Below the pieces are notes generated by a model. The model did not search any database. It had not been told where the DNA came from and saw only the letters and a list, made by a program, of their open reading frames with translations. The translations under genes and the position numbers were made by a program. DNA of 64,000 nucleotides from Thermoproteota archaeon (GTDB lineage Archaea > Thermoproteota > Thermoprotei_A > Sulfolobales > Ignisphaeraceae): contig JAUQPB010000001.1 of NCBI GenBank assembly GCA_030550585.1, forward strand, positions 674,525 through 738,524, in the 5' to 3' direction. Below, piece by piece: positions 9,915 to 21,000 of the stretch. The first letter of the stretch is position 1; each line of letters begins with the position of its first letter.

Positions 9915-10184
9915 GTGCTTATGGCTTTAAAGAGTAGAGACAGGGACAAGGTCATAAGATCCATTGCGAGATGGCTTGCAGGGTTAGAACCCCTCTTCGG
10001 TTCTAACCACTATTTCGAAAGATATTCAACAGCTAAGAGAGCCATTGAAAGGCTCTCACCCTATAGGGGTCTCCTCATATGCCCGTTCTGCAAGAAGAGG
10101 TTTTTGAGAGCCTCTGCATTTGTTACACACATTCTTAAGGCACATGATAAAGAACTTGAAGAGCTTATAGATACCGAAGCCTAG
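9915..10184 (+). CDS. C2H2 zinc-finger protein (89 aa)
   Basis: Canonical TFIIIA-type spacing C-X2-C-X12-H-X4-H in CPFCKKRFLRASAFVTHILKAH. ATG at 9921 is an alternative start. TATA-like TTTTAAAC lies about 30 nt upstream. Confidence 0.6.
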   Translation: MLMALKSRDRDKVIRSIARWLAGLEPLFGSNHYFERYSTAKRAIERLSPYRGLLICPFCKKRFLRASAFVTHILKAHDKELEELIDTEA

Positions 10185-10215
10185 TTAATTAAACATAAAA
10201 TCTGCATAGACATAG

Positions 10216-11208
10216 TTGCATTCGAGAGATGTAGCCATGTTTGTAAAGACTATCTTTCCGCAGTCAAGAATAGACATTGAAGAGGTTTATGTTAGATACC
10301 CCATAGAGAGGCTAGATAGCCAAGCAATCTTGGATTTCATTAACAATAGGGCGAGAACAATTCCTATGGATTCCGTATCAGCTCTATCAAAACTTGTAAA
10401 AGGGGATTTGAAGGGCTTTGTCGAGACTTTTATAGACACTACAGTATGCACTGAGGTTATATCTCTTTGTAGGGATCGGGGGCCAAGAATAAAATGCGGA
10501 ATAAACATTACTGAGAATGGCGTTGAAATATACTCTGAGTGCTTTGACCCAGAACTATTATCGCATATCATACTAGGGGATATCTCAATGATACTACAGG
10601 TTGCTAGCGGCTATAGAGATTTTGTTAGGTTTAAAAGTGTTGTAATACCAGACAAGCTTCTAACACAAGATGCAATAACGGCTATAGAAGAGGGTATATT
10701 GAGAAACAAGCTACAGACAAATACAGCTACACCTGAGAGGAGTATTGCAAAACAATTCTACGAGGAGCTTACTAGTGGTGGTCTAGGGTACTCAGAAGCC
10801 ATATTGATGGCCCCATGTCTTAGCAGCACATTGATAGAGATTCTCATTGATATAATGAAAAGTGCGGCAAAGAATTACAAGAGAGTCTACATCGCTACAC
10901 TGCCTCCATCCCAGGAAAACTCATCTTTTTGCAGAATCCAGTATAAAGATCAGTTATTGATGTATATACAACTAATTGAGGAGGCCAAGAAATATGGTTT
11001 CTTTGTTTGTGATAGCGAGGTTGTTAGTCTTGGCGCTATAGTTGATAGGTCACAGTATCTAATTTCAAATGATTTTGTATATAATGGAGAAACCTTTTTG
11101 ACTCCACTATCAGATTTGAAATATATCAACGACTATGCAGTATACATGCTAAAGCACTGTCTATGCTCAAATAACCTGTTGAGAGAGGATAGAAAGGCGA
11201 TTAAATAG
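10216..11208 (+). CDS. Hypothetical protein (330 aa)
   Basis: Long ORF 31 nt downstream of the zinc-finger gene on the same strand. No motif recognised. ATG at 10237 is an alternative start. Confidence 0.5.
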   Translation: MHSRDVAMFVKTIFPQSRIDIEEVYVRYPIERLDSQAILDFINNRARTIPMDSVSALSKLVKGDLKGFVETFIDTTVCTEVISLCRDRGPRIKCGINITENGVEIYSECFDPELLSHIILGDISMILQVASGYRDFVRFKSVVIPDKLLTQDAITAIEEGILRNKLQTNTATPERSIAKQFYEELTSGGLGYSEAILMAPCLSSTLIEILIDIMKSAAKNYKRVYIATLPPSQENSSFCRIQYKDQLLMYIQLIEEAKKYGFFVCDSEVVSLGAIVDRSQYLISNDFVYNGETFLTPLSDLKYINDYAVYMLKHCLCSNNLLREDRKAIK

Positions 11209-11211
11209 ATA

Positions 11212-12363
11212 CTAGCATTTCACACTTTTTAGAGAAACCCTAAGTCTAGTTGCAATAGAGATATGCCAGGCAATCTCCTTAGAAATTCCTCTGCTATCTT
11301 CACAAATCTTCATTAAAACCCCCTTTTCATCAAATTGAATGTCAAACCTCTTAACACCTCTAAACTCTAGGTAATCGCCTATATCGCTTTCAGATATCTT
11401 TTCCTTTCTGCTAGGATCTCCGCATGGCCCCAGAGAACACATGTTGCAGAATTGGCCGTGGGAAGCGATGTTCGCAGAGCATGCCGATGGATATACTCTA
11501 TAACCCATGTCACGTGCTGTCGAGACAAGCCTCTTCTTTATATCGGATTCTTTTATTGTCACCTGATCCCCTCTACCTCTAAACGCTCTTGGAATCCTAG
11601 CCAAAATCGCGTCTATGTCAATACCCCTAGCTTCCAAACTCTTCAAAATTCTCTCCGTAACTCGCAGAGAGCCGAATACAACATCTCTAATCCCATAGTC
11701 CAAAGCCTTTGCAAGTATCTTCTCTCCTTCTCTATCTGTTACACTGGGTATTATCGGCCTTACAAACAATGTGACATTCAAGCCATTTTTAATGGCTATT
11801 GAGGCCCCTTCAAGTCTTTTAATCGGGTCTGGAGCTCTAGGCTCCAGCTCCTTGCTCTTATCGAGTGTGGCTATGGATAGGAGTATACTTATATTAGGCT
11901 CTGCAATGCTGAGCCGCTTAGCCAAGCCATCGTCTATAAAACTCTTTGTAGATACTTGGCTAAGCGGCTTAAGCCATTTGCTAACATTTTCAATATATTC
12001 CAATGCAAGGTTTTTTGTTATGGGGTGAAAAGGCTCTGTAACAGATCCATAGGCAAGAAGAGACTTCTCTGGTAGTACATAGGGGTTCGAGGCTATGGCA
12101 TAAGCCATTTCAAGAGGTTTTAAAGGGTATGGCCTCACCCTTCCAGGAAACCCCATATCGTATATGTAGCAATATGCACATGCATAATCACAGCCAACAC
12201 CTGTGTGAATTGTTAATCCGCATGGTCTGGGAACCCTCTTGCTATGGCTATCCAAAGAAGCTTTTCTAGCACCGTCCTCGCCGATTAGACTCTTCAGCCT
12301 TTCTATAATTCGAAGCTTTTTCTCATACAGCTCGGTTATTCTACTCAACGGATTACACCACAT
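11212..12363 (-). CDS. Radical SAM protein, SplB/'DNA repair photolyase'-like (COG1533-type)
   Basis: CX3CX2C cluster motif (GVGCDYACAYCY) near the N-terminus. Size and layout resemble spore-photoproduct-lyase-like radical SAM enzymes. Extra C-terminal Cys cluster (CNMCSLGPC). Confidence 0.75.
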   Translation of the reverse strand: MWCNPLSRITELYEKKLRIIERLKSLIGEDGARKASLDSHSKRVPRPCGLTIHTGVGCDYACAYCYIYDMGFPGRVRPYPLKPLEMAYAIASNPYVLPEKSLLAYGSVTEPFHPITKNLALEYIENVSKWLKPLSQVSTKSFIDDGLAKRLSIAEPNISILLSIATLDKSKELEPRAPDPIKRLEGASIAIKNGLNVTLFVRPIIPSVTDREGEKILAKALDYGIRDVVFGSLRVTERILKSLEARGIDIDAILARIPRAFRGRGDQVTIKESDIKKRLVSTARDMGYRVYPSACSANIASHGQFCNMCSLGPCGDPSRKEKISESDIGDYLEFRGVKRFDIQFDEKGVLMKICEDSRGISKEIAWHISIATRLRVSLKSVKC

Positions 12364-12366
12364 ACA

Positions 12367-12936
12367 CTAATAGCAAATCTCTTTAACAAGCCATATAACC
12401 CCATCAGATTCTTGGACAGGGTTGGAGCACCCCCTGACAAAGCAGAGTGCTGCTACAGCAGCTAGGAAGGCGTCTCTAATATCTTTGCTTCTTGTACTGA
12501 TTAAACTAGTATCAATTCCAAGTTTGTTGGCAAGATCTTCTAACGAATTGCATTTGCTGCTCTTGAGAACGCTTCTAGGATGGGTCTCTATAACCGTTAG
12601 GCCATACCCTATCAGCTTACCAACAATTGATATAGCCCTTCTAGTCAATTCCTTCATTTGATGTAGACCTGGTGGGAGAACTCTATAGCCCAGCGATATC
12701 ATTTTCCTGTCAACTCTTCTAAGATAGCCATCTCCAAAGCCAAATGGGGCGTCTACAGCAATAACAGCATTGTTATACCTCAAAACATTTTGTATGATCT
12801 CATCGTCTGTATTAAGGCACTTAGCTTCAATCACTTGGACGTGTTCCGTATCTGATATTACTACAAAACCTGTGCATCTACTTGGCTTGGCGGCTAGATC
12901 TAAGCCTATGTAGAAAACCTTAGCAGCTACTTGCAT
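12367..12936 (-). CDS. DUF429-like predicted RNase H-fold nuclease (COG2410-type)
   Basis: N-terminal YIGLDLAAKPSRCTGFVVI (the GxDLA...TG pattern of DUF429) and size ~190 aa. Assignment made from memory of the family pattern. Confidence 0.55.
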   Translation of the reverse strand: MQVAAKVFYIGLDLAAKPSRCTGFVVISDTEHVQVIEAKCLNTDDEIIQNVLRYNNAVIAVDAPFGFGDGYLRRVDRKMISLGYRVLPPGLHQMKELTRRAISIVGKLIGYGLTVIETHPRSVLKSSKCNSLEDLANKLGIDTSLISTRSKDIRDAFLAAVAALCFVRGCSNPVQESDGVIWLVKEICY

Positions 12937-13139
12937 ACGCTATCCAGTTCCTCTAGTCTCGCCCTAGCTTTTCTAAGCTCATTTTTAATATAGTTTCTTC
13001 TCATCTTCAACTCCTCGATCTGTTTATTCAGCTCCTCCAACTCTTTTTGAAGAACTTCAACCTTTCTCTGAAGCACATCTCTATCAAGGCAAATCTCTTC
13101 AATTAGTGTAACACTCTTTTTACCCAACCAGATATACAC
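12927..13139 (-). CDS. Small coiled-coil protein (70 aa)
   Basis: Continuous heptad-rich sequence (VEVLQKELEELNKQIEELKMRRNYIKNELRKARARLEEL). Abuts or overlaps both neighbouring genes on the same strand. Confidence 0.45.
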   Translation of the reverse strand: MYIWLGKKSVTLIEEICLDRDVLQRKVEVLQKELEELNKQIEELKMRRNYIKNELRKARARLEELDSVCK

Positions 13140-13547
13140 CTATAGCCTCTTTCTCTTTATATACTCCCTATACAGCTTATCTACTAAATAACTGTTAACA
13201 TATTTGCCATGCGGTCTCAAACCACCTGAGAAGCTCTTTGGTATGTGGAGAAGCTCATGGATAAACACCTTAATTTTCTCCTCAAGTGAAAGAGGATAGA
13301 AATTCCTCTCTATAACCTCTATGACATACATAGGCTTCAATCCCAGTACAAACCTCCAAACAGATGGGAGCATATATATCCTTGCAATTGCTTTTGATCT
13401 ACACCCCCTACAAACAACAATTCTAACACTGTCAACATCTATATGAGAAAAATAATCCTTTAAGGTATTCACAACATCTCTTAGGAGAATTTCAAGGCTT
13501 TGATCATAGTAGTGCTCGGTTCTTGCCAAGGCTGTTTTCCTAAACAA
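13140..13547 (-). CDS. Predicted zinc metallopeptidase, SprT/Wss1-like (COG4900-type)
   Basis: HExxH motif followed by a third His (FIHELLHIPKSFSGGLRPH). Basic C-terminus. 135 aa. Confidence 0.6.
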   Translation of the reverse strand: MFRKTALARTEHYYDQSLEILLRDVVNTLKDYFSHIDVDSVRIVVCRGCRSKAIARIYMLPSVWRFVLGLKPMYVIEVIERNFYPLSLEEKIKVFIHELLHIPKSFSGGLRPHGKYVNSYLVDKLYREYIKRKRL

Positions 13548-13549
13548 TT

Positions 13550-14836
13550 TTATTTAATATCATAGATTCTCTCAGCGTTCTCGTGCAGAAGCCCATTTGC
13601 AATCTCGATTGCTAGTTCCATGTCTATGTAGCCCTCATATACCATCTCCGATAGCACATAGGCTATCTGCCTCTTAGCCAACGCAGCCTTTCCATACACC
13701 CAGTCAGCCACATACGCATCGCTGAAAAAGCCGCATGACTTGTTGTATGGGAGCATCTGGAGTCTTAGCCTAAGATACTCCCTTATTATCGATGGGTACA
13801 TCGAATACCACCAGTATCCACTTACAAAGACATTTCCATAGTTCTTAGCCATAACTGTCAATGGGTGCAACAATCTCATGTCAGCTCCAATAACATCGAA
13901 TTTGACGTTGGGGTAAGAGGCAAATATATTTGCAAGATTCAGCAACTGATCGTAATTAACATGGGTTATGGCATAGTCTGGCGGTGAAGCGCCTGGAACA
14001 GGCCTCTCAACACCTATCATAAACTGGAAAACCTTTTTGTATTCATCGCAAAGATCTAGAAACTTCGTGAGTATATACGATGATAGAAGCTGCTTGGCTC
14101 TCAGGTCTATGTGACCTCTAGCCCTCAGATCCTTTAGATAGAGCTGTATCTCCGATGGTCTAACAAATCCGTATAGCTCCTCTGGAAGTGGACTTAGAGC
14201 CACTGCCACAATCTCGCTTTCAAATTTTTTGAATAGAGCTTCTATAGCCCTATCCAGATCCTCAGCCGTCTGTATCTCAATACCCACCGTCTTCTCTAGG
14301 CCAAGTAGACTATCTTTGCTTAGATACGTCACTAAATTGTCTATTCTAAGCACACCAGCAAAAACATCTTTTCTATAACCCCCAATATCTGCAAACGGAT
14401 TTAGAGTCAGAAACGATTTTCTGACTCTGCAAACCTTTGTAAGCACCTCGAAAGCCCTATTCTCATCGCCAGCTCTACTCTCTATAGCGCTAACCACATC
14501 CCTCCAGTTGCTCTCATCAATAGCTTTAACATCTAGGTTGTACAAATCCTTCAGAATCTGTCTAAGAGACCAAAACGTTGCTGTGTTCCTGATGTATCTA
14601 AAGTATTGAAGTGCATATGCAAGTCTATCAACACCCTTTCTCCTTTCAAACTCGTTTCTATTCATACCAGCTGTGGAAAGCTCGGTAACAATGTAGTGGT
14701 AAAACAGTATATCTTCGAAGCTAGAGTGAGAAAGCTTAGAGGGATTCAAATGCTCATGTATATCCACAAGAGGGGTCTCCAAAACCTCATCATAAATCTC
14801 ATTAAATATCTTATCAAAACTCGTGTTCACCACCAA
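13550..14836 (-). CDS. Amidohydrolase-superfamily protein, uronate-isomerase-like
   Basis: N-terminal metal-ligand-like HxH (LVDIHEHLNP) followed by an HY-rich helix, as in the UxaC-like subgroup. 428 aa. The specific activity cannot be told from the sequence. Confidence 0.5.
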   Translation of the reverse strand: MVVNTSFDKIFNEIYDEVLETPLVDIHEHLNPSKLSHSSFEDILFYHYIVTELSTAGMNRNEFERRKGVDRLAYALQYFRYIRNTATFWSLRQILKDLYNLDVKAIDESNWRDVVSAIESRAGDENRAFEVLTKVCRVRKSFLTLNPFADIGGYRKDVFAGVLRIDNLVTYLSKDSLLGLEKTVGIEIQTAEDLDRAIEALFKKFESEIVAVALSPLPEELYGFVRPSEIQLYLKDLRARGHIDLRAKQLLSSYILTKFLDLCDEYKKVFQFMIGVERPVPGASPPDYAITHVNYDQLLNLANIFASYPNVKFDVIGADMRLLHPLTVMAKNYGNVFVSGYWWYSMYPSIIREYLRLRLQMLPYNKSCGFFSDAYVADWVYGKAALAKRQIAYVLSEMVYEGYIDMELAIEIANGLLHENAERIYDIK

Positions 14837-14913
14837 AAGGTTCCCGGGGATTATACCTATTTAAAGTTTATCACCCTAGTCACAGTTCTCACCATATTTT
14901 GGAGTAACCAGCC

Positions 14914-15720
14914 TTGCAAATGGCTCGTCGAACACCTTGCAGAGAACTTGATATAAGGGATGTTGTCGAGGGAGACAGTTTATGCAGGGTCTTGTGTTAT
15001 CCAAGTGGCGATAGTATATGTTGTTACAATAGATTGGAGGAGCTTAGCAGACTCGGTATAACAGGTGTGTATAGCTTTGGGGATGTGCAGATAGAGAAAG
15101 GTGTGTGGGTAGTAGGCAAAGGACATGCAGCTATCGTTGCCTTGGCACAGCATATGCTCTACGGTCTTGTAGCTTTGAAGATTAGAAGAGTTGACTCTAA
15201 AAGGGATTCTCTTGAGGAGGAGGGCATGTTGCTAGAAACTGTAAGCAGATTAGGCTATGCCCCAAAACCGATAAGCTATAGCAAAAACTTTATTGCTAGA
15301 GAGTATGTTGATGGTTCAACGCTAGAAAGGATACTTAAAGAAGGAGATGGAGGAAAAATAAAAAAAGCTATTGTAAGCTTGGTTAAAGCAGCTTTTGCTA
15401 TAGACAGTATTGGTGTAGATGTTGAGGAGATAGTCAATCCAACAAAGCAGATAATATATTTATGCAACGATTTAGAGAAGCCGATGTTTATAGACCTCGA
15501 GTCAGCGAGGTTACGGCCGCATTCATCGAATGTAACAAAGATAATATCTTTTATAATTAGGATGATCTCTAAAGATAGGGTTGGATCGTCGGATATGTCA
15601 AGCAAAAGGATTGTACTGTTAGAATTAGCGAAGAAATACAAAGTAACGATGGATGTTAGGCAAAGAGAGGATATAGTAGGTGAATTGCTTATGTACATAC
15701 AAGAGCTGTTTGCTGGATAG
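14914..15720 (+). CDS. Predicted RIO-like/atypical Ser/Thr protein kinase (COG2112-type)
   Basis: Kinase N-lobe-like pattern VVGKGHAAIVALA...VALKIRRVDSKRDSLEEEGMLLE...REYVDGSTL. Confidence 0.55.
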   Translation: MQMARRTPCRELDIRDVVEGDSLCRVLCYPSGDSICCYNRLEELSRLGITGVYSFGDVQIEKGVWVVGKGHAAIVALAQHMLYGLVALKIRRVDSKRDSLEEEGMLLETVSRLGYAPKPISYSKNFIAREYVDGSTLERILKEGDGGKIKKAIVSLVKAAFAIDSIGVDVEEIVNPTKQIIYLCNDLEKPMFIDLESARLRPHSSNVTKIISFIIRMISKDRVGSSDMSSKRIVLLELAKKYKVTMDVRQREDIVGELLMYIQELFAG

Positions 15721-15874
15721 CCCAAGCCATATAGCAAACTCTGATGACATGCAATCGGCAATAGCTACATGTACTTAAACTGGTGTCATAATTCAGATAT
15801 TAATGCTGGAAGGGCGTGGATCGCTATAGTCTTTCACACAAAACCTTTTAGCTTCTTCTTTCTTCAAAAGCTTT

Positions 15875-17968
15875 GTGGAACCTATGGACTTTCCTTTGAA
15901 AATCTCAAATGCTAGTATAATCTATGCTGATGGTTCTAAAGAGGAGTGCTCTCTAGTCGAATCTAATGCCAAAAGAGAGTTGTTAAAATGTGAAGGCGCT
16001 ACTATAGAAATAGCTTTTGAAGGTGGTTTGATTGGCGTTGAAGTTAAGTCGTTAAAGCCTTTGAACAGCTTTATATTTGCGGAAATTGGTTTGGAAATCG
16101 GATTTAGCGACAGAGTTTTGGCTCTAACCCTCCATCCAGATGCAGCTTCGATATACTCACAAGCCTTTGCATACTATAATCTGCTGGCTGTTGATAGAAC
16201 CCCTACTACTCCAAGACCTAGTGATGCACCCCAATACCCTCCAAGCTTTGGCGATATAACGCACATAGAGTTTGCTAAGAGATCTCCGTGCTGGACATAT
16301 CCAGTGATAGTCAATGCAAATAGCATACCCAGTTACACAGTCTTTGTTTTGGGGGACATAGGAGGAGATTTCATAGCTGTTTTGCTTCTTAGCAATGGTG
16401 ATGTGACGGCCTATATGGGGAGGGGCTTAAAAGTCTCTCTATTCCTTGGAAAGGAGAGACTCTATGTTAGAAGATCTTGGATTATGTCGATAGGTATTTC
16501 TAGCAATCCCTATGAAGCCATTAGAAAAAGTGTTGAGTATGCATCTAGGAAAGCAGTTCTCAAGACTAGGGAAATGAAAAGAAGGCCGCTGTTTATAGAT
16601 AAACTTGGTTGGTGCTCGTGGAATGCCCTTTTAACAGATGATCTATCCCACGACAATGTCATCAAAATTGTTAAGGGTTTGATTGATAGGGGTGTTCCAA
16701 TTAGATGGGTTATAATAGATGATGGTTGGCAGAAAGAGGTTAGGAAGGGTGGGGAATGGTTTATGAGGGTTTTAGCCGATTTGAATGCTAATGAGAGGTT
16801 TCCAAATGGATTGAAAGCTGTTGTCGATGAATTGAAGAGGCTGGGCATCGAATATGCTGGTCTTTGGCATACTATAAACATTCACTGGGGTGGGTTTGAG
16901 AAACAGGTTTCTGAGAAGATTGGAGTTGAAGGATTTAAACTCCCCATTATAGATAGCTTTGTCCCTCCGCCACAAATAGAAAGGGCTTTGAAGTTCTATA
17001 CAGAGTTCCTCAAGTGGGTTAAGGGAAACGGGTTTGACTTTGTTAAGGTAGACAACCAGTGGTCTATACACGCCCTTTACTGGGGTGAGGAGACTGTTGG
17101 CGAATCAGCTAAAAATATTCAGATAGCTCTTCAAGTTGCAGCTAAAATCAATGGGCTAGACATATTGAATTGCATGTCTATGGCACCTGAAGACTATAGC
17201 AACTACTTCCTGAGCAATGCTATGAGGGTTTCAATAGACTATATACCGTTTTGGAAAGCAGATGCAAAGCTACATACAATGTTTAGTGTCTACAACTCTC
17301 TGTTGTTTAGCCACATAGCATATCCGGACTACGATATGTGGATAAGCTATGACCCCTATGCAACTATACATGCAGTTTCAAGAGTATTTAGTGGTGGACC
17401 CATATATATAACTGATAGACATCCAGAGAAAACAAACATTGATTTGCTGAAGAAAATTGTGCTACCAAGTGGGGAAACAGTCAAGGTTGACGAACCTGGT
17501 CTACCAACAAAAGACATCTTGTTTAGAGATCCATATAATGAAAATGTGTTGCTAAAGATTGCTTCAAGAATTAGAGATTCGTATGTATTAGCAATAATGA
17601 ATGTGAATAGAGATGGGATTGAGATAGAGGAGAGGGTGGGTCTCGATGTTTTACCATATAGTATAGCAGATGGGAGGTATGTATACTATATGGTGTTTAG
17701 TGGCAAAAGGGGGGTCATAGATAGGAGCGAAAGAGTTGATATTAAATTAAAAGAGCTTGAAGCTGAGGTGGTAGTATTTACACCTATAGAAAATGAAAAG
17801 GCTGTTATAGGGTTAAAAGAATATGTTTTACCACCATATCCAATAATGATATACAAACTGGGCAATAGGGTGTTTGTTAAGGCTAAGACCTTTGGAACCC
17901 TTGTGTATTATGCGAATGGGGTATTTAAGGAAGCGATTGTTGGAGAGGGGCAGGTATTAGAGATGTAG
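15875..17968 (+). CDS. GH36 alpha-galactosidase (raffinose-synthase/Sip1-like subgroup)
   Basis: LGWCSWNAL...VPIRWVIIDDGWQ and FVKVDNQ motifs characteristic of GH36/raffinose synthase-type enzymes. 697 aa. Confidence 0.85.
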   Translation: MEPMDFPLKISNASIIYADGSKEECSLVESNAKRELLKCEGATIEIAFEGGLIGVEVKSLKPLNSFIFAEIGLEIGFSDRVLALTLHPDAASIYSQAFAYYNLLAVDRTPTTPRPSDAPQYPPSFGDITHIEFAKRSPCWTYPVIVNANSIPSYTVFVLGDIGGDFIAVLLLSNGDVTAYMGRGLKVSLFLGKERLYVRRSWIMSIGISSNPYEAIRKSVEYASRKAVLKTREMKRRPLFIDKLGWCSWNALLTDDLSHDNVIKIVKGLIDRGVPIRWVIIDDGWQKEVRKGGEWFMRVLADLNANERFPNGLKAVVDELKRLGIEYAGLWHTINIHWGGFEKQVSEKIGVEGFKLPIIDSFVPPPQIERALKFYTEFLKWVKGNGFDFVKVDNQWSIHALYWGEETVGESAKNIQIALQVAAKINGLDILNCMSMAPEDYSNYFLSNAMRVSIDYIPFWKADAKLHTMFSVYNSLLFSHIAYPDYDMWISYDPYATIHAVSRVFSGGPIYITDRHPEKTNIDLLKKIVLPSGETVKVDEPGLPTKDILFRDPYNENVLLKIASRIRDSYVLAIMNVNRDGIEIEERVGLDVLPYSIADGRYVYYMVFSGKRGVIDRSERVDIKLKELEAEVVVFTPIENEKAVIGLKEYVLPPYPIMIYKLGNRVFVKAKTFGTLVYYANGVFKEAIVGEGQVLEM

Positions 17969-18054
17969 AAATGCAGTTTTGATAGCAAGGCAATCTCAAA
18001 GCATTTTTACTTCTGAATCTATGAAATCATATTTAGAATTTCGAGGCAGGGTTT

Positions 18055-21000
18055 ATGGAAGTAGGATATAAAGATGAGTTTTTCACTATAGACAATAAAA
18101 AGATGTTTCTGTTTTGCGGCGAAATGCACTACTTTAGAATTCCAAAGGGTATGTGGTTTGATAGAATTTTAAAGGCTAAGAGAGCTGGGCTCAACTGCAT
18201 TGCAAGTTACATTGCCTGGAATTGGCATGAACCCATAGAAAATCTTGTTATATTCGACGACTCTACCCCACCATCTCCATACGAGTCAAAGGCCTTTAGC
18301 AGAGATTTGGAAAGCTATATAAAGATTGTTAAGGATCTTGGGCTCTACTTCATAGCCAGACCAGGCCCATACATATGCTCTGAATGGGATAGTGGGGGAC
18401 ATCCAAACTGGCTTTACAACAAAGTAGCTGTTCTAAGGTCTCTAGATGAGAACTACATTAAGTATTCTGAAAAGTGGTACTCAACTATATTACCAATTAT
18501 AGCAAGGCATACTGTTCCAAATAATGGCCCCATAGCTGTTCTACAGATTGAAAACGAGTATTTTTGGGGAGATGCAAAATATCTCATGAAGCTATATGAA
18601 ATCGCCAGAAAATATATCAAGGACATTCCAATAATAACTAATGAGAATTGGCATGTTGAGGGGACTCCGATAATAAATACAATTGACGACTATCCATCAC
18701 CTTGGGATGTGAAGGGCTTTGACAATAAGGTTAGAAGCTATGTCAAGACCCAGCCTGGAATGCCGAAGATGTTCATGGAGCTAGAGGGTGGGTGGTTCTC
18801 CACATTTGGAGCACCTCTACCAACTAATAGAGGGAGCTTTCCAGCTGAATGGACCGAGGTATTGATTAAAACAGCTATTGGCATGGGGATAAACGGCATA
18901 AGCATATACATGTTCCATGGAGGTACAAACCCAGGTTACTACACAGGAAAATATGTAACAACAACCTATGACTATGAAGCAGCAATTAGGGAGTGGGGCG
19001 AGCTCTCTAAGAGATACTACACCATTAAAAGAGTTGCTCTATTTGTAAAGACGTTCAATGATTTTATAGCAGAGACTAAACCCATTGAGGATGGCGCTAA
19101 AGCGTCTGTGGAAGGTATAGATGTGTTTACGAGAGTTAGCGATGGTGGTTCAGCCTTAATTGTTTTGAGAAATCTTGGCCCAGCTCCCCAACAAGCAAAG
19201 ATAATTTTCAGAGACTCCACATATCCACTACAAGATCTTGTGAGAATTCCTAGGAGAAATGCAAAAATTGTTTTGGCTAATTACAATATAGCTGGAACAC
19301 CATTTAGACTGCTCTTCACATCTTCTGAACCTCTACTCATAAACGCCTTTGACAAGAAAGCTATTTTAATTGTTTATGGAGATCCTCTAGAGGTTGGAGA
19401 AATTGATGTTGAAGCTGAACAGCAAGTAGATGTTGTATTTGCAAGAGATGTCTACGTATCTCTGCAGGGTAACAGAGCTATTGTTGGCTATGTACATGGG
19501 GAAAGCGATAGAATAGTAGTCTTAAGATCTGGAGAATATGAGCTCTATATACTAGCCATTTCTAGGAGTAGAGCTGACAGGACTTGGTATATAGACGACT
19601 TTAAGCCTCCTATAATCATAGTCTCAAATATATACTTTGCTGGTGTTGCTAAAAGGGATGGGGAGAGGATATCAATAGAACTTGAACTAGACAGCTCTAG
19701 CTGTGGGCCCATAACAATAGTTTCTCCAAGACCCTTAACAAAGGTTATGCTTGGAGGAAGAGAGGTCGGCATTGAAAATCTCTACGGAATTCTATACACA
19801 TCAAAAATAGATTTTTGTAGAGAGCAGCAGAAAATTGTTGTAGATGTTGATGAAGAGCTGAGGATTGCTGAGGAAGGAGAGCAAAAAGACCTCATAGCTA
19901 TAGAGCCTAGAAAACCTCTAGAAGGCCTAGACATGCTTTTCAACGGATATGCTGTGTACAGCATAGAATTCAATTTAAGTAAAGAGGACATGGCTAGCTT
20001 AAAGAATAAAACAATTTATGTAAGCTACTTCAACGACTACGCCACGACAATACTAAACGGTGTCCCTCTGTCATCGGGTTACCACAGCATAGAGGCTGAC
20101 GCATCAAAAGCTCTGAGAGAAGGCCTCAACAGATTGCTCATAGTTTTAGAGTCTACTGGCCACACAAACGATGGTCTTCTGTATATCCCTAACGGGGTTG
20201 TGGGAGGCATATACCTGGGGAAGCTAGGGGAGATACACATCGATAAGTGGCTCTACATCGAGTACAGACCGCCTTATGGAAAAGACTTTAGCTTGACCAT
20301 GTTCCTCAGTAATCCAAGGGATATCGAGAAGCTTCTCCAAAAACCTGAAGCGCTTGGAAATGGTATTGAGGTTACCGGTGGTATACAGCGTGCCGGAATA
20401 TATGTTGGGAGGTTTGCAGCAGCCAAGAGCTTTGGGAGATTCATACTCGATCTCGGCAAAGGTGTTTACTACTCAAGACCTCTAATATTTGTGAACAAGA
20501 GATTTGCCGGTGTTTATCACGGTCCAATGGATGTAACAGAATATGTGGTTGATGGTGAAAACGAGATTGCGATTGCTGTTGAGTATACTCAAACAGCTCT
20601 GCACCCCGTAATCAAGGTCTACCACATGTATGTTAAAGGGTCTTGGAAAGTTAGCTACGGCACTCGAGGATTAAATGAGAAGTGGTTTGCAGAAGGCTAC
20701 AACGATAGTAGTTGGAGCAAGGTGAGGTTACCCATAGTGATCAAGGGTAAAGAGGGTAGCATAATATGGGTCAGAGGTAAGGTGCGCATAGAGTATGGAG
20801 ATGGGGTAGCATCTCCGCTAAAGTTAGTGCTGAGGGGTAGTGGGGTAAAGGCTTTGATATACTTCAACGGTCAATTCTTGGGTAGATATGTAGATGAGGG
20901 GCCTCAAATAGAATTCTATATACCAGAAACTCTTGTGCAAAAAGGTGAAAACGTAATAGCAATGATGCTTCATATTATAAGCGGCGAAGCATCGATAAAT

